This document shows, piece by piece, positions 50,956 to 62,310 of a DNA stretch of 64,000 bases. How positions within the stretch are numbered: position 1 is the stretch's first letter; each line of letters opens with the position of its first letter. Source of the DNA: Coraliomargarita sp. (GTDB lineage Bacteria; Verrucomicrobiota; Verrucomicrobiia; Opitutales; Coraliomargaritaceae); the NCBI GenBank assembly GCA_965216325.1, contig OZ244160.1, positions 1,376,001 through 1,440,000 on the forward strand, given 5' to 3'. The position numbers and the translations under genes were made by a program. Below the pieces are notes generated by a model. The model had not been told where the DNA came from. It did no database searches and saw only the letters and a program-made list of their open reading frames with translations.

Positions 50956-50983
50956 AAAAAAAGCCCGCCATTGCAGGCGGGCC
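50956..50983 (-). terminator. intrinsic terminator after gltX
   Basis: A run-GCCCGCC-attgca-GGCGGGC (U tract on the minus strand). Confidence 0.7.
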
Positions 50984-51032
50984 TGGGATCGCGAAACTCC
51001 AGTTCCGCCTGCCTTAAGCTCAGCTCTGATGA

Positions 51033-52403
51033 TTACCCGATAAATTTCTGGATGCGAGCGACCACACGCTCCTTGCCAAGCACCTCGAGCATCGGCAGCA
51101 GATCCGGACCACCGCTTTGGCCGCTCAATGCGTAGCGCAACGCGGGAAAATAAGCGAACACCTTGACCTCCTTCGCCTCAGCATGCGCCTCCAGCGCAGC
51201 CTTGATCGGATCTGCCGCAAACACTTCGATGCCCTCCAGCACCGGCAGAATTTCAGCGAGCAGCTCCTTCGGGTCCGCCTTCTTGGCGATTTTCGCACCG
51301 GTTTTCTCGTCCAACGGATACTCGTCTTTGAAGAAATAGCCGCACAGCTCACCGAGTGTATCCAGCGAACGAGCCTTCGGCTGGCAGAGCCCCAGAACCG
51401 CCTGCAGGTAGTCCTCATCCGCATCTTCCTCAATCACGCCCGCTTCGTTCAGCATTGGACGGGCAAGGAACGCAAAGCTCTCAAGGTTCAGCTCACGCAG
51501 ATATTCGGAATTCAGCGCAGACAGCTTCTTCTCGTCGAAACGCGCGTTGCCCTTGTTGATTCCCGGGAAGTCGAATAGCTCGATAATCTCATCGATGTCC
51601 ATCTTCTCGCTTTCGCGATCGTCCTTCGGATTCCAGCCGAGCAGCGAGATATAATTACGCACCGCAGCAGCAAGGAAGCCGCGTTGCGCATATTCCTCGA
51701 TCAGCGCACCCTTGTCGCGCTTACTCATTTTACCGGGACCGGACTCCTTAAGAATCAGCGGAATATGGGCAAACTTTGGCGGCTCAACACCGAAAGCCTT
51801 GAACAACTCGACGTGCTTGCTGGTATTCGAAAGGTGGTCCTCGCCGCGAATCACGTGCGTGATGCCCATCGCAATGTCATCGACAACATTGACCAGATGG
51901 AACACCGGATTGCCGTCCTTACGCACGATCACGAAGTCCAGCTCCTCGGCACGCTCGACACGACCACGGACTGCGTCGTCAATCACGACCGGCTCGGCCC
52001 GAACCTTCTCGACTTCAGCCTTCTTGAAATCGTCGTATTCCGTGTAGCGTTCCCCCTCGAGCTTGAACCAGATCGCGCCGTCCTTCTCGTAAGTGCGGCC
52101 CGCATCCTTCAACTTCTGCAGGTATTCGTCGTAGATCGGCTGACGCTCACTCTGGAAATACGGTCCGTAGTCGCCACCGACTTCCGGCCCCTCATCCCAG
52201 TCCATACCCATCCAGCGCATGCCATCGATCAACACGCGCAATGCCTCTTCGGTATTACGTTCCTTGTCGGTGTCCTCGATGCGCAGGATAAACTTACCGC
52301 CCGTATGACGCGCATACAACCAGTTAAACAGCGCCGTGCGGGCACTACCAATGTGAAAGAACCCAGTCGGGCTGGGCGCAAAACGAACACGAACTTCAGA
52401 CAT
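51033..52403 (-). CDS. gltX: glutamate--tRNA ligase
   Basis: [33 protein letters not shown] motifs. Confidence 0.97.
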   Translation of the reverse strand: MSEVRVRFAPSPTGFFHIGSARTALFNWLYARHTGGKFILRIEDTDKERNTEEALRVLIDGMRWMGMDWDEGPEVGGDYGPYFQSERQPIYDEYLQKLKDAGRTYEKDGAIWFKLEGERYTEYDDFKKAEVEKVRAEPVVIDDAVRGRVERAEELDFVIVRKDGNPVFHLVNVVDDIAMGITHVIRGEDHLSNTSKHVELFKAFGVEPPKFAHIPLILKESGPGKMSKRDKGALIEEYAQRGFLAAAVRNYISLLGWNPKDDRESEKMDIDEIIELFDFPGINKGNARFDEKKLSALNSEYLRELNLESFAFLARPMLNEAGVIEEDADEDYLQAVLGLCQPKARSLDTLGELCGYFFKDEYPLDEKTGAKIAKKADPKELLAEILPVLEGIEVFAADPIKAALEAHAEAKEVKVFAYFPALRYALSGQSGGPDLLPMLEVLGKERVVARIQKFIG

Positions 52404-52570
52404 AACTTAAAAAGGTTTAGCAGCCCCCGAGAGCGCAGGCCACAAAATGAAAGGAGGCACTCAAGCAACCCAGCGATTCGAGTCAACGCCGATCCATTGT
52501 ACACAACATTGACAATGACTGCATAAAAAGTGTCGACGCGGACCACAAACGGCCTATGCATCAACTTTTC

Positions 52571-53742
52571 TGGTAATTACCCCATAAGTTGAGCGCCGAG
52601 GGCCACATAAGTTGAGCCAAACCTGGTAATTAAGCATACTTTAAGGCGGTTATTGTTCGACTCAAAGAGTCCCTTTCACGTCGCTGCATTATGCAGGGCC
52701 TAATAAGTTGGCCCTAATTTAGGGCAGCATAAGTTGACCTACAGACCGGACGGGCTCGGACTAAAATCGGTGATCGAATAAGACAATCTGCGCTCATTTA
52801 GCGGGTAGTGCTCAATCTTAAAATGGTAGTCGTAAACCCCTTGCATGCACCGGACTTCAAAACCTCCCTCAATCGGACCACTTTTCGGGGGATAGCAACA
52901 TGGATTCACAGGCATACTTGCTAGTTGCAAAGATATGCCTATGAACCGATCCAGGTGGACGCGATCAATCACCGAGAATTGCTTAGGCTGTCGTTCACTA
53001 AACGAGGTTGACCAAACACTCCACGCCTTCCGCTCATCATGATCGAACACAGCAAAGCTGCTAGTTTTCAAATCGATGCATGTGATAAATAGCCACTGAA
53101 ACAACCTAAATGAGTGGTCGGAATTCAGTATCGATACGCTTCCTGCATCGTTGTCGGGATTAGGCGCAAGTAGCAGATATGGCTTCATCGAGGGTCCGAG
53201 TAGACTTTCCGAACTTTACCAACCACACAGCCAGATGAGTGAATATACTCATCATCCAGCTCATTGTCAGCCGTGCCGTCGCTCCTGCTAACCTGAGTCT
53301 ATGTCAGCTAATCTATGGCCCCTAAGGTCACCTGAACAGCATATTTGCCTGCAAGCCGCGGATTAAGATCGGCAAAAATATCAGCAAAAGCCGAAGCTAA
53401 GATGTCACATGAATCTAACTGTAAGTAATTTATGCATCAAAAAGGATCAGCAACAAGGTTGAGATTCCTTCAATCTTGGAGGCCTCATCAAAGTGAAATC
53501 AGCAAAATCCTTATAACTCAGTTTCTATCAAACTAGGCTTGCTGTTATGCAAATGAACCGCTTTTTATTCTCGTTCCTGTGCTTCGGTGCAGGAACTGCA
53601 TCATCTGGTGGAGATTACTGGCACCATAAGTTGGCAGCTTTAAGGCCTCATAACTTGGCGACAATTATAGGCACCATAAGTTGGCGATGGACCGGTGGCA
53701 CCATAAGTTGGCACTTTCGGTCAACTTATGGGGTAATTACCA
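52571..53742. mobile_element. non-autonomous transposon-like element (1172 bp) with 22-bp terminal inverted repeats and 5-bp flanking direct repeat
   Basis: TGGTAATTACCCCATAAGTTGA at 52571-52592 and its exact reverse complement at 53721-53742; TTTTC at 52566-52570 and 53743-53747; subterminal CATAAGTTG arrays; no recognisable transposase inside. Confidence 0.85.
52739..53188 (-). CDS. hypothetical protein or gene remnant (cargo of the element)
   Basis: Longest ORF-track ORF fully inside the element; no recognisable motif. Confidence 0.35.
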   Translation of the reverse strand: MKPYLLLAPNPDNDAGSVSILNSDHSFRLFQWLFITCIDLKTSSFAVFDHDERKAWSVWSTSFSERQPKQFSVIDRVHLDRFIGISLQLASMPVNPCCYPPKSGPIEGGFEVRCMQGVYDYHFKIEHYPLNERRLSYSITDFSPSPSGL

Positions 53743-53752
53743 TTTTCTGACC

Positions 53753-54050
<298 letters not shown>

Positions 54051-54323
54051 CCTTGCTCGCCCTAGCGAAACTTGACAATGGACAAGAGAGCACGCCGCAG
54101 TTGACAGAGCGAAGGAGAGCTAGCGTCTCGATTCGTTAAACCGGCTGCCCACCGCTCGCTCGTCTAAAGACTTCCGCTCTAAGCGACTGGGCACCTGTTG
54201 CCCAGAAGGCACAGATAGCAAATTGGCCCAAGAAGTCGGGAACTGATCCAGCAAGCCACAACAGAACCAACTCCCCCCGTTTCCGCTCGCTATCCGCACG
54301 ATAGCCGACAAGCTGTGACCTGA

Positions 54324-56744
54324 ATGGATCTACGCGACACCCTCTTGACTCTATTCCGCGCAAAGGACTACGTGCCGATGCGTCAGGAAGAAATCCTCGC
54401 CGTTTTACAACTGAACCCGGCACAGACGAAAAAAGCCCGAGCCTTGCTCAAGCGCATGCTTGAAAATGGCGAGATCGCGCGCCTCAAGAAGGACCGCCTC
54501 TGCATACCCAACGATGCCGATCTGGTCAGCGGCAAAATCATGTTCCGTCAAAGCGGCTCTGCCATCCTCATACCCGAGGCCGAAGCCGGCAAGAAGGGCG
54601 TCGAAGGCTACCCGATTTCAGCTGAGGACACCGCCACCGCTTTCCACGGCGATCAGGTGCTCGCCCGCATCCTGCGCCGCGGCCGCCCCTTCCAGCGTGG
54701 TCGTCGTGAACGCGGTCGCCGTCGCCCCGAACCGGAACCGGAGAGCAAGCCCAACGTCCGCGTCATCCGCATTCTAAAGCGCGCCCGCGAGAACGTCGTC
54801 GGCACGCTCAAGAAGGGCCGCCACACCTACTACGTCATCCCCGACGACCCGCGCATCATTCAGGACTTTTTAGTGCCCGACCCCGCGAACTCCGGCTTCA
54901 AGCCCACACCGAAGCCCGGAGATAAGGTGGTGGTCAAACTCATGGAGTGGAAGCAGCGCCACCTCAACCCCGAGGGCGAAATCATCGACGTGCTCGGTAA
55001 GACCCACGAGCCGGACGCAGAATTCAAAGGCATCCTCTACAAATACGAGCTCGACCCCGGCTTCCCCGCCGAAGTGGAAAAGCAACTCGAAGACATTCCT
55101 GAGAAAGTGCAGCCCGAAGATCGCGAAGGTCGCCAAGACTGCCGCGATATTTTTACTTTCACCATCGACCCGGACGACGCCAAGGACTTTGACGATGCCC
55201 TCTCCGTCGAAGAGCTGGACGACGATTGCGTGCGCATCGGCATCCACATCGCCGACGTGTCCGGCTACGTGAAGCCCGACACCCCGCTCGACAAAGAAGC
55301 CCAAAAGCGCGGCAACAGCACCTATCTGGTCGGCACCGTCATCCCAATGCTGCCGCACGCGCTCTCCAATGGCCTCTGTAGTCTGGTCGAAGCCGAAGAC
55401 CGACTGACCAAAAGTGTATTCATCACTTACGCGCCCGACGCCACGATTCAAAAGATCGACTACGCCCGCACCGTGATCCGCAGTAATAAGCGTCTCACCT
55501 ATGCACAGGCCTACGCCTTCATGACGAAGGATAACCTCGACGAAGTGCGCAAGACACCGCTCCCCCCCAAGCACCAGACTGGTTCCACCGGTCGCTCGCT
55601 CGACGAGGTCAACGACGAGGAGATGGAGACCTTGCAAAAGCACTGCCGCAAGCTGTGGGACATCGCCAGCCAGCTACGTAAAAAACGCTTCAAGGCCGGC
55701 TCACTCGATCTCGAAATGACCGAGATCAAAATCTACGTCGACGAAGACGGCTATGCCGACCGCTTGGAGAAACAAAGCCACGACGAGAGCCACCAGCTGG
55801 TGGAAGAATTCATGCTCTCCGCCAACGAGGCCGTCGCTCGTGTAATGAAGCGCAACCGCTTCCCTTCGATTTACCGGGTCCACGATGAACCCGAAGACGA
55901 AAAGCTCGAAGAGCTGCGCGAGACCATGCGCACCTATGGCGTCAAGTGTGGCAACCTGACCAAGACCCATGAGATGGGTGCGCTGCTCAAACGCCTCAAA
56001 GATCACCCGCAGGGCTACACGCTCCGTGTCCACGTGCTGCGCAGTCTCAAACAAGCGCAATACCGCGCCAGCCCCGACGGCCACTACGGCCTCGCCAAAC
56101 AAGACTACACTCACTTCACCTCACCAATTCGCCGCTACTCCGACTTGGTGGTGCACCGCGTGTTCGACGCCTACCTACACAAGATCAAGGCCGACTCTGC
56201 CCCTAACACACCGGACGTCAAATACACGCAGAACAAACTCGAAAGCCTCGGCGATCACCTCTGCGTGACCGAGCGCAACAGCGTCGATGCCGAACGCGAA
56301 TCCGTGAAGACCAAGCTACTGGAGTTCTACGAGCGCCAGCTGAGCAAGGACATCAAGCAGCCCTTCGAAGCCGTCATCACCGATATCAAGAACCACGGCC
56401 TCTACATCGAGATCACCGACTCGATGGCCTTCGGCATGGTGCACATCTCTACTCTGGAAGATGACATGTATTACGCCAACCGCGACGGCACCGAGATGGT
56501 CGGCAAGCGCACCAAAAATACGTATTCAGTTGGTCAATACATCAAAGTGCACGTCGAACGTGTCGACCGCTTCAAGCGCCAGATCGACTTCCGCATCGTC
56601 AGCGAGAACCAAGGTAAGTCCGCCAAAGGAACAGGCAAACCACAGCCCAAGACCGCCCAGTCTGCCAAACAGCTCGCTGCCCTCCGTAAACAGCGCCGCT
56701 CTCAACGCCTCAAAGGTGTGCGTGATCGCAAGAAGAAGCGGTAG
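54324..56744 (+). CDS. rnr: ribonuclease R
   Basis: [41 protein letters not shown] motifs, S1 domain, basic tail. Confidence 0.96.
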   Translation: MDLRDTLLTLFRAKDYVPMRQEEILAVLQLNPAQTKKARALLKRMLENGEIARLKKDRLCIPNDADLVSGKIMFRQSGSAILIPEAEAGKKGVEGYPISAEDTATAFHGDQVLARILRRGRPFQRGRRERGRRRPEPEPESKPNVRVIRILKRARENVVGTLKKGRHTYYVIPDDPRIIQDFLVPDPANSGFKPTPKPGDKVVVKLMEWKQRHLNPEGEIIDVLGKTHEPDAEFKGILYKYELDPGFPAEVEKQLEDIPEKVQPEDREGRQDCRDIFTFTIDPDDAKDFDDALSVEELDDDCVRIGIHIADVSGYVKPDTPLDKEAQKRGNSTYLVGTVIPMLPHALSNGLCSLVEAEDRLTKSVFITYAPDATIQKIDYARTVIRSNKRLTYAQAYAFMTKDNLDEVRKTPLPPKHQTGSTGRSLDEVNDEEMETLQKHCRKLWDIASQLRKKRFKAGSLDLEMTEIKIYVDEDGYADRLEKQSHDESHQLVEEFMLSANEAVARVMKRNRFPSIYRVHDEPEDEKLEELRETMRTYGVKCGNLTKTHEMGALLKRLKDHPQGYTLRVHVLRSLKQAQYRASPDGHYGLAKQDYTHFTSPIRRYSDLVVHRVFDAYLHKIKADSAPNTPDVKYTQNKLESLGDHLCVTERNSVDAERESVKTKLLEFYERQLSKDIKQPFEAVITDIKNHGLYIEITDSMAFGMVHISTLEDDMYYANRDGTEMVGKRTKNTYSVGQYIKVHVERVDRFKRQIDFRIVSENQGKSAKGTGKPQPKTAQSAKQLAALRKQRRSQRLKGVRDRKKKR

Positions 56745-56749
56745 AGGGC

Positions 56750-56832
56750 TGGAGGGCAATGCTCCGCCATTGCCACCACAGAGCAAAAGAAGCTTACAAC
56801 ACTGAACGGCAACGACGGAGCGTTGCCCTCCA
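56750..56832. repeat. REP doublet (TGGAGGGCAATGCTCCG family), copy 2
   Basis: TGGAGGGCAATGCTCCGCCATTGCC ... GGCAACGACGGAGCGTTGCCCTCCA. Confidence 0.85.
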
Positions 56833-56853
56833 ACAAACCTCTCACTCGTAGAA

Positions 56854-56939
56854 TTAACCGCCCGCTTCGCTAGAGAACACAGAGGGCACAGAGCTCCTAA
56901 AGATAGACTCTCTGCGCACTCCGCGATCTCTGCGGTTAA
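56854..56939. repeat. inverted repeat of CACAGAG/CTCTGCG units
   Basis: TTAACCGC..AGAGAACACAGAGGGCACAGAG ... CTCTGCGCACTCCGCGATCTCTGCGGTTAA. Confidence 0.6.
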
Positions 56940-56997
56940 CTTTAAAAGCCACTCTGCTTATCCATCAGGAATACATAACCAAAGCTTCCTGCCTTCC

Positions 56998-57972
56998 TTA
57001 CCGACTTACTTTATCACTGATCATCCCTGCAAACAGCAACTGCATAGGGTGATAGCAAATCATCGGGATCAGTAGTAGCGCGGCATCCAACGCACCATTC
57101 GTGGCCGCAAGAATCGACGTCGCCAGCGGCAAGCCCGTTGCCAGAGATTTCTGGCTCGCGCAGAAGAACGCAGCCACGCGTTGTGCATGTTGTAGTTTCA
57201 GCGGCAGACTGCCCCACCACACGAGGGCACTCACCACGAGCAACAGCACCAAGGTAATCACCAGCACCGATACGAGGCTCCCAAGCGAAAGCTGCTCCAT
57301 CAGTCCCGACTGCATACTATCCGCAAAGGCAGCGTGCACAATGAACAGGATAATGGCCTGACTCACCCACTTAGTTTTCGACGCCACCGCAGCGGCTTTA
57401 ATTGGCTCCATACGATGCACCATCTGCCCAACCACCAGTGGCACCAGAATCAACATCGCTAACTTCGCAAACAAGGGAACCAGCGGGATCTCCAGCTCAG
57501 TCGTCGACGTCAGGTAGGCCACACAAATCGCAGGCACCACCCAGATCGCCAGCACGTTGGAATAGACGGTCGAGAAGATCGCATTCGCAGCATTGCCCTT
57601 CGCCAGCGACGTAAAGGCAATCGCCGAAGCCACTGTAGTCGGCATGATCGCGAGCAGGCCAAAGCCCAAATGCAAGTCCTTCGAAAGCAGTCCTCCGAGC
57701 GGTAAAAGCAGTAGCCAGGCAAGCAAAGGAAACAGCACAAAATTCCAGCCCAACACAAAGACATGTAAGCGCTTCGGTTTATAGCCAGCGGTCAGTTCAT
57801 TGGTCGGCAGCGACAGGCCCTGCAGAAAGAAAATGGTCCAGACACCCAACTGCGTCGTAATCTCCGGCAGCAGAAAGCCGCCCGAAGCCGCAGGCGCCGG
57901 AAACAACAAAGCCACACCAACAGCCACCAACAGCCACAGGGTAAAGGCATTGCGTTTCAAAGCGTTCAGCAT
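56998..57972 (-). CDS. bile acid:sodium symporter family (SBF-like) transporter
   Basis: [38 protein letters not shown] motifs; ATG at 57972. Confidence 0.9.
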   Translation of the reverse strand: MLNALKRNAFTLWLLVAVGVALLFPAPAASGGFLLPEITTQLGVWTIFFLQGLSLPTNELTAGYKPKRLHVFVLGWNFVLFPLLAWLLLLPLGGLLSKDLHLGFGLLAIMPTTVASAIAFTSLAKGNAANAIFSTVYSNVLAIWVVPAICVAYLTSTTELEIPLVPLFAKLAMLILVPLVVGQMVHRMEPIKAAAVASKTKWVSQAIILFIVHAAFADSMQSGLMEQLSLGSLVSVLVITLVLLLVVSALVWWGSLPLKLQHAQRVAAFFCASQKSLATGLPLATSILAATNGALDAALLLIPMICYHPMQLLFAGMISDKVSR

Positions 57973-58105
57973 GGTTGAATCATGAACATCGCATAGAGAC
58001 TTTGAAAGCTTTCTATGCGTGTTGTTTGGAACCGTTAATTGCTCCGCCATCTCCGCAAAGCTTCGTTACGTGAATTAACGTTAATTGATGACTGTAACGC
58101 ATTCA

Positions 58106-58222
58106 GGTAGGGCAGTCTCGCTGAGACTGCCGTTCGCCCGAACACTCGGAACAAGAATCTCAATGTGGATACACAAACCAGCCCGCTTGCCGAACGGCTG
58201 CCTACGGCGAGGCAGCCCTACC
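58106..58222. repeat. GTAG-type REP doublet
   Basis: GGTAGGGCAGTCTCGCTGAGACTGCCGTTCG ... CGAACGGCTGCCTACGGCGAGGCAGCCCTACC. Confidence 0.85.
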
Positions 58223-58258
58223 TCTAAAAATTCACTTTAATTAACGTAAATTAACGGT

Positions 58259-59092
58259 TCACATCTCAATCGCACGCAGCATCGGCTTCGCGGCCTCAAG
58301 CAATTCATCGTGCACCTTACCGTTGGTCACCACAGTGCCTTTGCTCTCGAAAATATCATAGGCCCCACCGGCCATATCCGTCACGCGGCCACCGGCTTCT
58401 TCAACAATCAGACTGCCACCAGCAGAATCCCAAGGCTTGAGGCCCATTTCGTAGTAGCCAGCAAAGCGACCATCCGCGACAAAGCAGAAGTCCAGAGCGG
58501 CAGCTCCAAAACGGCGCACGCCCCCAGCGGTGCGCAACATGTTGCCCAGAGCATCGCACAGAGGCTCCGCGCGTTTGGCGCGGTCATAGGGAAAGCCAGT
58601 CACGACCACACCTTCCCCCAGAGTAGCCTTGGTATTCACCGAAATCGGACGGCCATTGCAGCTGGCACCCTGCCCTTTCACCGCACGGTAGCGCAGGTTC
58701 AGCCCCGGACCACTGACAATCGCGCCGACTTGCTCAGCACCGTGCAGCAGGCCAATTGAAATCGCCCAAATGGGAAGACGGTTGGCGTAGTTAATCGTGC
58801 CGTCGATTGGGTCCAACACCCAGCGGAAGCCATCGGTGCGCGCGGCTTCGTCAGCATCCTGGGAGCCTTCTTCCGCGACAATGCCATCCTGCGGAAAGTG
58901 CTCGCGAATGAAACTGACCAGTCGTTGTTCACTGGCAACATCCGCCTGTGTCACCAAGTCAAAGTCATTAAGCTTGGTGTCGATCTGAAGTTCGCCTTGT
59001 TGCAGTTCGACCAAATGCTGCTCCAAGTCCGGCAGCATGGTCTCAATTTGATCGAGGCGTTCAGTGACTTGTTGGAGCAGTTCAGAATTCAT
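58259..59092 (-). CDS. suhB: inositol monophosphatase family protein
   Basis: [34 protein letters not shown] motifs; true start ATG 59092. Confidence 0.9.
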   Translation of the reverse strand: MNSELLQQVTERLDQIETMLPDLEQHLVELQQGELQIDTKLNDFDLVTQADVASEQRLVSFIREHFPQDGIVAEEGSQDADEAARTDGFRWVLDPIDGTINYANRLPIWAISIGLLHGAEQVGAIVSGPGLNLRYRAVKGQGASCNGRPISVNTKATLGEGVVVTGFPYDRAKRAEPLCDALGNMLRTAGGVRRFGAAALDFCFVADGRFAGYYEMGLKPWDSAGGSLIVEEAGGRVTDMAGGAYDIFESKGTVVTNGKVHDELLEAAKPMLRAIEM

Positions 59093-59100
59093 AAGTAAAG

Positions 59101-59181
59101 TGGAGGGCAATGCTCCGTCATTGCCACCGCAGAGCAAAAGGCTTACAACGCCGAACGGCAACGACGGAGCGTTGCCCTCCA
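59101..59181. repeat. REP doublet (TGGAGGGCAATGCTCCG family), copy 3
   Basis: Nearly identical to the 56750-56832 copy, including the spacer. Confidence 0.88.
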
Positions 59182-59201
59182 TTTTGGTAAGGCATCATCA
59201 C

Positions 59202-59438
59202 TTAACGAAGTTTATACTGATCGCACAAACGCTTGGCCTTCGCCTTCAGCGTTTTATCGGCCTTCGTCTTGCGCGCAAACTTAGCCAAAGCTTCAAAGGT
59301 CTTCGGCGACGGCGGAAGGTTAAGGATATAGGATTCCTCCAGCATCTCACCAAGACGCTTCAAGCCAGCCTTCTGTTGTGCAAGCGTGGAGTCCGTGCCG
59401 AGCAGTTGCTCGATCGCTTTGCTTTCTTCTGCGTCCAT
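59202..59438 (-). CDS. small basic hypothetical protein
   Basis: 78-aa ORF with ATG, co-oriented between obg and suhB, natural composition. Confidence 0.7.
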   Translation of the reverse strand: MDAEESKAIEQLLGTDSTLAQQKAGLKRLGEMLEESYILNLPPSPKTFEALAKFARKTKADKTLKAKAKRLCDQYKLR

Positions 59439-59479
59439 ACTAGTCCTAAAGAAAGCGGCAGGATGCCGCTTCTATTTGA

Positions 59480-60520
59480 TTACTCCTCCTCTTCGTCTGC
59501 TTCCTCTTCGAGTGCCTTCTCAGCGGCACGCACTTCGAGCACCGCTTCCAGCAGCGCTTGCTTCAGCTTATCGAAGCCTTCGTCAGAAACACAGGAGATC
59601 GGATAGATCGGCTCTTTAACCTTCTTTTCGAAAAGCTTGAGGTGCTCCGCAGCATCCGGCTCATCCATCTTGTTCGGCGCGACCAATATCGGCTTCCGCA
59701 CGAGACCCGGCTTGTAGAGCTTCAATTCATTGAGCAGCACACGCAGGTCAGCAATCGGCTCGCGGCCATCGGTGCCCTGCATGTCGATCATGATCAGCAA
59801 CACCTTGCAGCGTTCAACATGCTTGAGGAAACGGTGACCGAGGCCACGGTTCTCGCTCGCACCTTCGATCAGACCAGGAATGTCCGCCAGTGTGACTCGT
59901 TCGTATTGCTCTGGAAATTCCAGCACACCAACAGTTGGAAACATCGTGGTGAAGGGATACGCGCCCGTCTTCGGATGCGCATTGGTGATCATGTTGAGTA
60001 AAGTCGACTTACCCGCATTCGGAAAACCAATCAGGCCGACATCCGCGATCGTCTTAATGATCAACTTAAAGTTACCACCATCGCCCGGCTTACCCAAAGT
60101 GAATTCACGCGGCGCCTGGTTAGTGGACGACTTGAACATGTTGTTGCCCTTGCCGCCATCGCCACCTTCGAGCACGAGAATCTTTTCGCCGTCTTCGAGC
60201 ACTTCCGCAATCGGATCACCCGTCTCACGGTCGACAAGGATGGTGCCAATTGGCACACGCAAGACCAAGTCATCTCCGCCGGCACCGTGCTGATTACTAC
60301 CACGGCCAGGCTCACCATTCTGCGCCTTCCAGCCCGGCTTGAAGTAATAGTCCGTCAAATCCGCCTTGTTGTGGTCGCCAAGGATATACACATCACCACC
60401 GCGGCCACCATTGCCGCCATCCGGGCCACCTTTGGGCTCATACTTCGCACGGCGGAAGCTGGAGCAGCCATCGCCCCCTTTGCCTGCGTGAAAATTGACT
60501 TTTACTTCGTCGTAAAACAT
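59480..60520 (-). CDS. obgE: GTPase Obg
   Basis: [34 protein letters not shown] motifs. Confidence 0.97.
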   Translation of the reverse strand: MFYDEVKVNFHAGKGGDGCSSFRRAKYEPKGGPDGGNGGRGGDVYILGDHNKADLTDYYFKPGWKAQNGEPGRGSNQHGAGGDDLVLRVPIGTILVDRETGDPIAEVLEDGEKILVLEGGDGGKGNNMFKSSTNQAPREFTLGKPGDGGNFKLIIKTIADVGLIGFPNAGKSTLLNMITNAHPKTGAYPFTTMFPTVGVLEFPEQYERVTLADIPGLIEGASENRGLGHRFLKHVERCKVLLIMIDMQGTDGREPIADLRVLLNELKLYKPGLVRKPILVAPNKMDEPDAAEHLKLFEKKVKEPIYPISCVSDEGFDKLKQALLEAVLEVRAAEKALEEEADEEEE

Positions 60521-60569
60521 GCGCTGATTTCAGCCGACCGGGGATGCTTTGCAACCCCATTTAATTTCA

Positions 60570-60652
60570 TCTTAATCCTAATCCTACTCTTAATCATAAT
60601 CTCACGCACTGAACCAGAGAGATTATGAGTAGGATTAAGATTACGATTAAGA
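60570..60652. repeat. inverted repeat built of hexamer units
   Basis: TCTTAATCCTAATCCTACTCTTAATCATAATCTC ... GAGATTATGAGTAGGATTAAGATTACGATTAAGA. Confidence 0.75.
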
Positions 60653-60691
60653 GGGTTGAGCATTCTGGCTGTGCGGACAATGCTTCACCTC

Positions 60692-61648
60692 ATGCAATCC
60701 AGCAACGCACCAGTCGCCGTCATTGATGTCGGCAGCAACTCGATCAAACTCCTCGTCGCCACAGTCGGCAATGAATCCGGTTCCGTCGAAACCGTTTTTG
60801 CTGAAACCATCGAGACCCGCATCAGCGCAGGCATCAGCCGCGAGCTGCCGAGCCTCACCGAGGAGGCAATGGCCGCTGGCCTCAACACCATTCAGGATCT
60901 GGTTCACCTCGCACGCGACTACCAACCGAGTGCGATCCGCATTGTCGCGACCAGCGCGGTGCGCGATGCGATCAACGGCATGGACTTCATCGAATCGGTC
61001 ACCGAAACAACCGGCATCCTGATGCAAGTGCTCTCCGGGACCGAGGAAGCCACACTGATCGGCAAGGGACTCGCCTGCGACCCGCAGATTGCTGGTGTGC
61101 ACCGTTTCCTACAGATGGATCTCGGTGGCGGCAGTCTCGAACTCATTCGCTTTGATCACGACCAAATCGAAACCGCGATTTCACTTCAACTGGGTGCCGT
61201 GCGCCTGACCGAACGCTTCATCAAAGACCGTGAAACCGCCGTTGCGGCTAAAACCGAAGCGGCGATCGTCCAACACGTGGCCGAGCAAATCGAACTAAGC
61301 GCAATTGAGTTTCCCGAGGACGCGGAACCCATGATCGCCACAGGCGGGGCCGTCGTGGTGACCCGCGCCATCTTAGCAGCCAAGCAAGGCATCGACATCG
61401 AAACCCGCTCAGCGACCATCACACTCGAAGAGATCCGCCAACTCAAAACAGAACTCTCTGCACTGCCCCTGCACGAACGTATGGCAACTCCCCACCTACC
61501 GGCAGCCCGCGCCGACATTTTCCCAACAGCCCTGATCACCATCGAGCAAGTGCTAAAGCTGGCCGGCAAAGCCGCGCTAAGCCACTCCTTCTACAATCTC
61601 CGCTACGGCATTGCTGCGGAGATGTTGAGGTTGGGGTCCCGCCTTTAG
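60692..61648 (+). CDS. Ppx/GppA family phosphatase
   Basis: [33 protein letters not shown] motifs; start may be 60680. Confidence 0.92.
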   Translation: MQSSNAPVAVIDVGSNSIKLLVATVGNESGSVETVFAETIETRISAGISRELPSLTEEAMAAGLNTIQDLVHLARDYQPSAIRIVATSAVRDAINGMDFIESVTETTGILMQVLSGTEEATLIGKGLACDPQIAGVHRFLQMDLGGGSLELIRFDHDQIETAISLQLGAVRLTERFIKDRETAVAAKTEAAIVQHVAEQIELSAIEFPEDAEPMIATGGAVVVTRAILAAKQGIDIETRSATITLEEIRQLKTELSALPLHERMATPHLPAARADIFPTALITIEQVLKLAGKAALSHSFYNLRYGIAAEMLRLGSRL

Positions 61649-61652
61649 GCGG
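61630..61652 (+). repeat. REP flanking RAYT (left)
   Basis: GTTGGGGTCCCGCCTTTAGGCGG, hairpin CCGCCT-TT-AGGCGG. Confidence 0.9.
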
Positions 61653-61674
61653 ATTTAAAACCAAACTTTTAAAG

Positions 61675-62274
61675 ATGTATCAGTGGCGCAGACTATCGGA
61701 GACCGAACGTGAATCGATATTTGCCTCACGGGTCCAGCGCGGTGGCACATGGAGACGAGCTCCCATTTGGGATGCAGGCATAGCTCGCTACATGATTACT
61801 GCGGCATGCTATGAGCATCAACCGATCATAGGACTGAACCCAGATCGCATGGCATCCTTCGAGTCAGGCATACTCGAATTACTGGAGAAACACACAGGAG
61901 CAACTCACGCACATGTGATCCTCCCCAACCATTATCATGCGCTTGTGACTTGTCGTGACATTGCAGCACTCAGGAAGCAGCTTGGACAGTTTCACGGCAG
62001 AAACTCTTTTCTATGGAACAAAGAAGAGCAGACACAAGGCCGGCAAGCTTTTCACGGCTCAGCAGAAACAGTGATGAAGTCTGAGCGTCATTACCAAGCG
62101 AGCTTGAACTACATTCATCACAACCCGGTGAAGCATGGGTATGTTCAGAAGTGGAAGGACTGGCCTTACTCTAGCGCACAGACATACTTGACCACAGTTG
62201 GAAAAGAAGAAACCGAGAAGCACTGGTTAGAATACCCGATTGAGCGCTATGGTGCCGGATGGGATCAAATGTAG
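61675..62274 (+). CDS. REP-associated tyrosine transposase (RAYT, Y1 HUH family)
   Basis: YMITA, ILPNHYH (HUH), NYIHHNPVKHG (catalytic Tyr), WPYSS motifs; flanked by inverted REPs. Confidence 0.9.
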   Translation: MYQWRRLSETERESIFASRVQRGGTWRRAPIWDAGIARYMITAACYEHQPIIGLNPDRMASFESGILELLEKHTGATHAHVILPNHYHALVTCRDIAALRKQLGQFHGRNSFLWNKEEQTQGRQAFHGSAETVMKSERHYQASLNYIHHNPVKHGYVQKWKDWPYSSAQTYLTTVGKEETEKHWLEYPIERYGAGWDQM

Positions 62275-62287
62275 AGTGGCTTTAACA

Positions 62288-62310
62288 CCGCCTAAAGGCG
62301 GGACCCCAAC
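62288..62310 (-). repeat. REP flanking RAYT (right)
   Basis: Exact reverse complement of 61630-61652. Confidence 0.9.

Noticed and set aside
53620..53712. Regularly spaced 16-bp repeats as a CRISPR array
   Set aside because: Spacers are only 8-11 bp, there are no cas genes, and the motif equals the core of the element's terminal repeat
59093..59182. N-terminal extension of suhB in the ORF track
   Set aside because: It is a translated REP doublet; ATG 59092 gives a normal protein
61675..62274. Ordinary IS200/IS605 insertion sequence
   Set aside because: No tnpB; flanked by inverted REP copies that recur at 8673 and 63476, as expected for a RAYT
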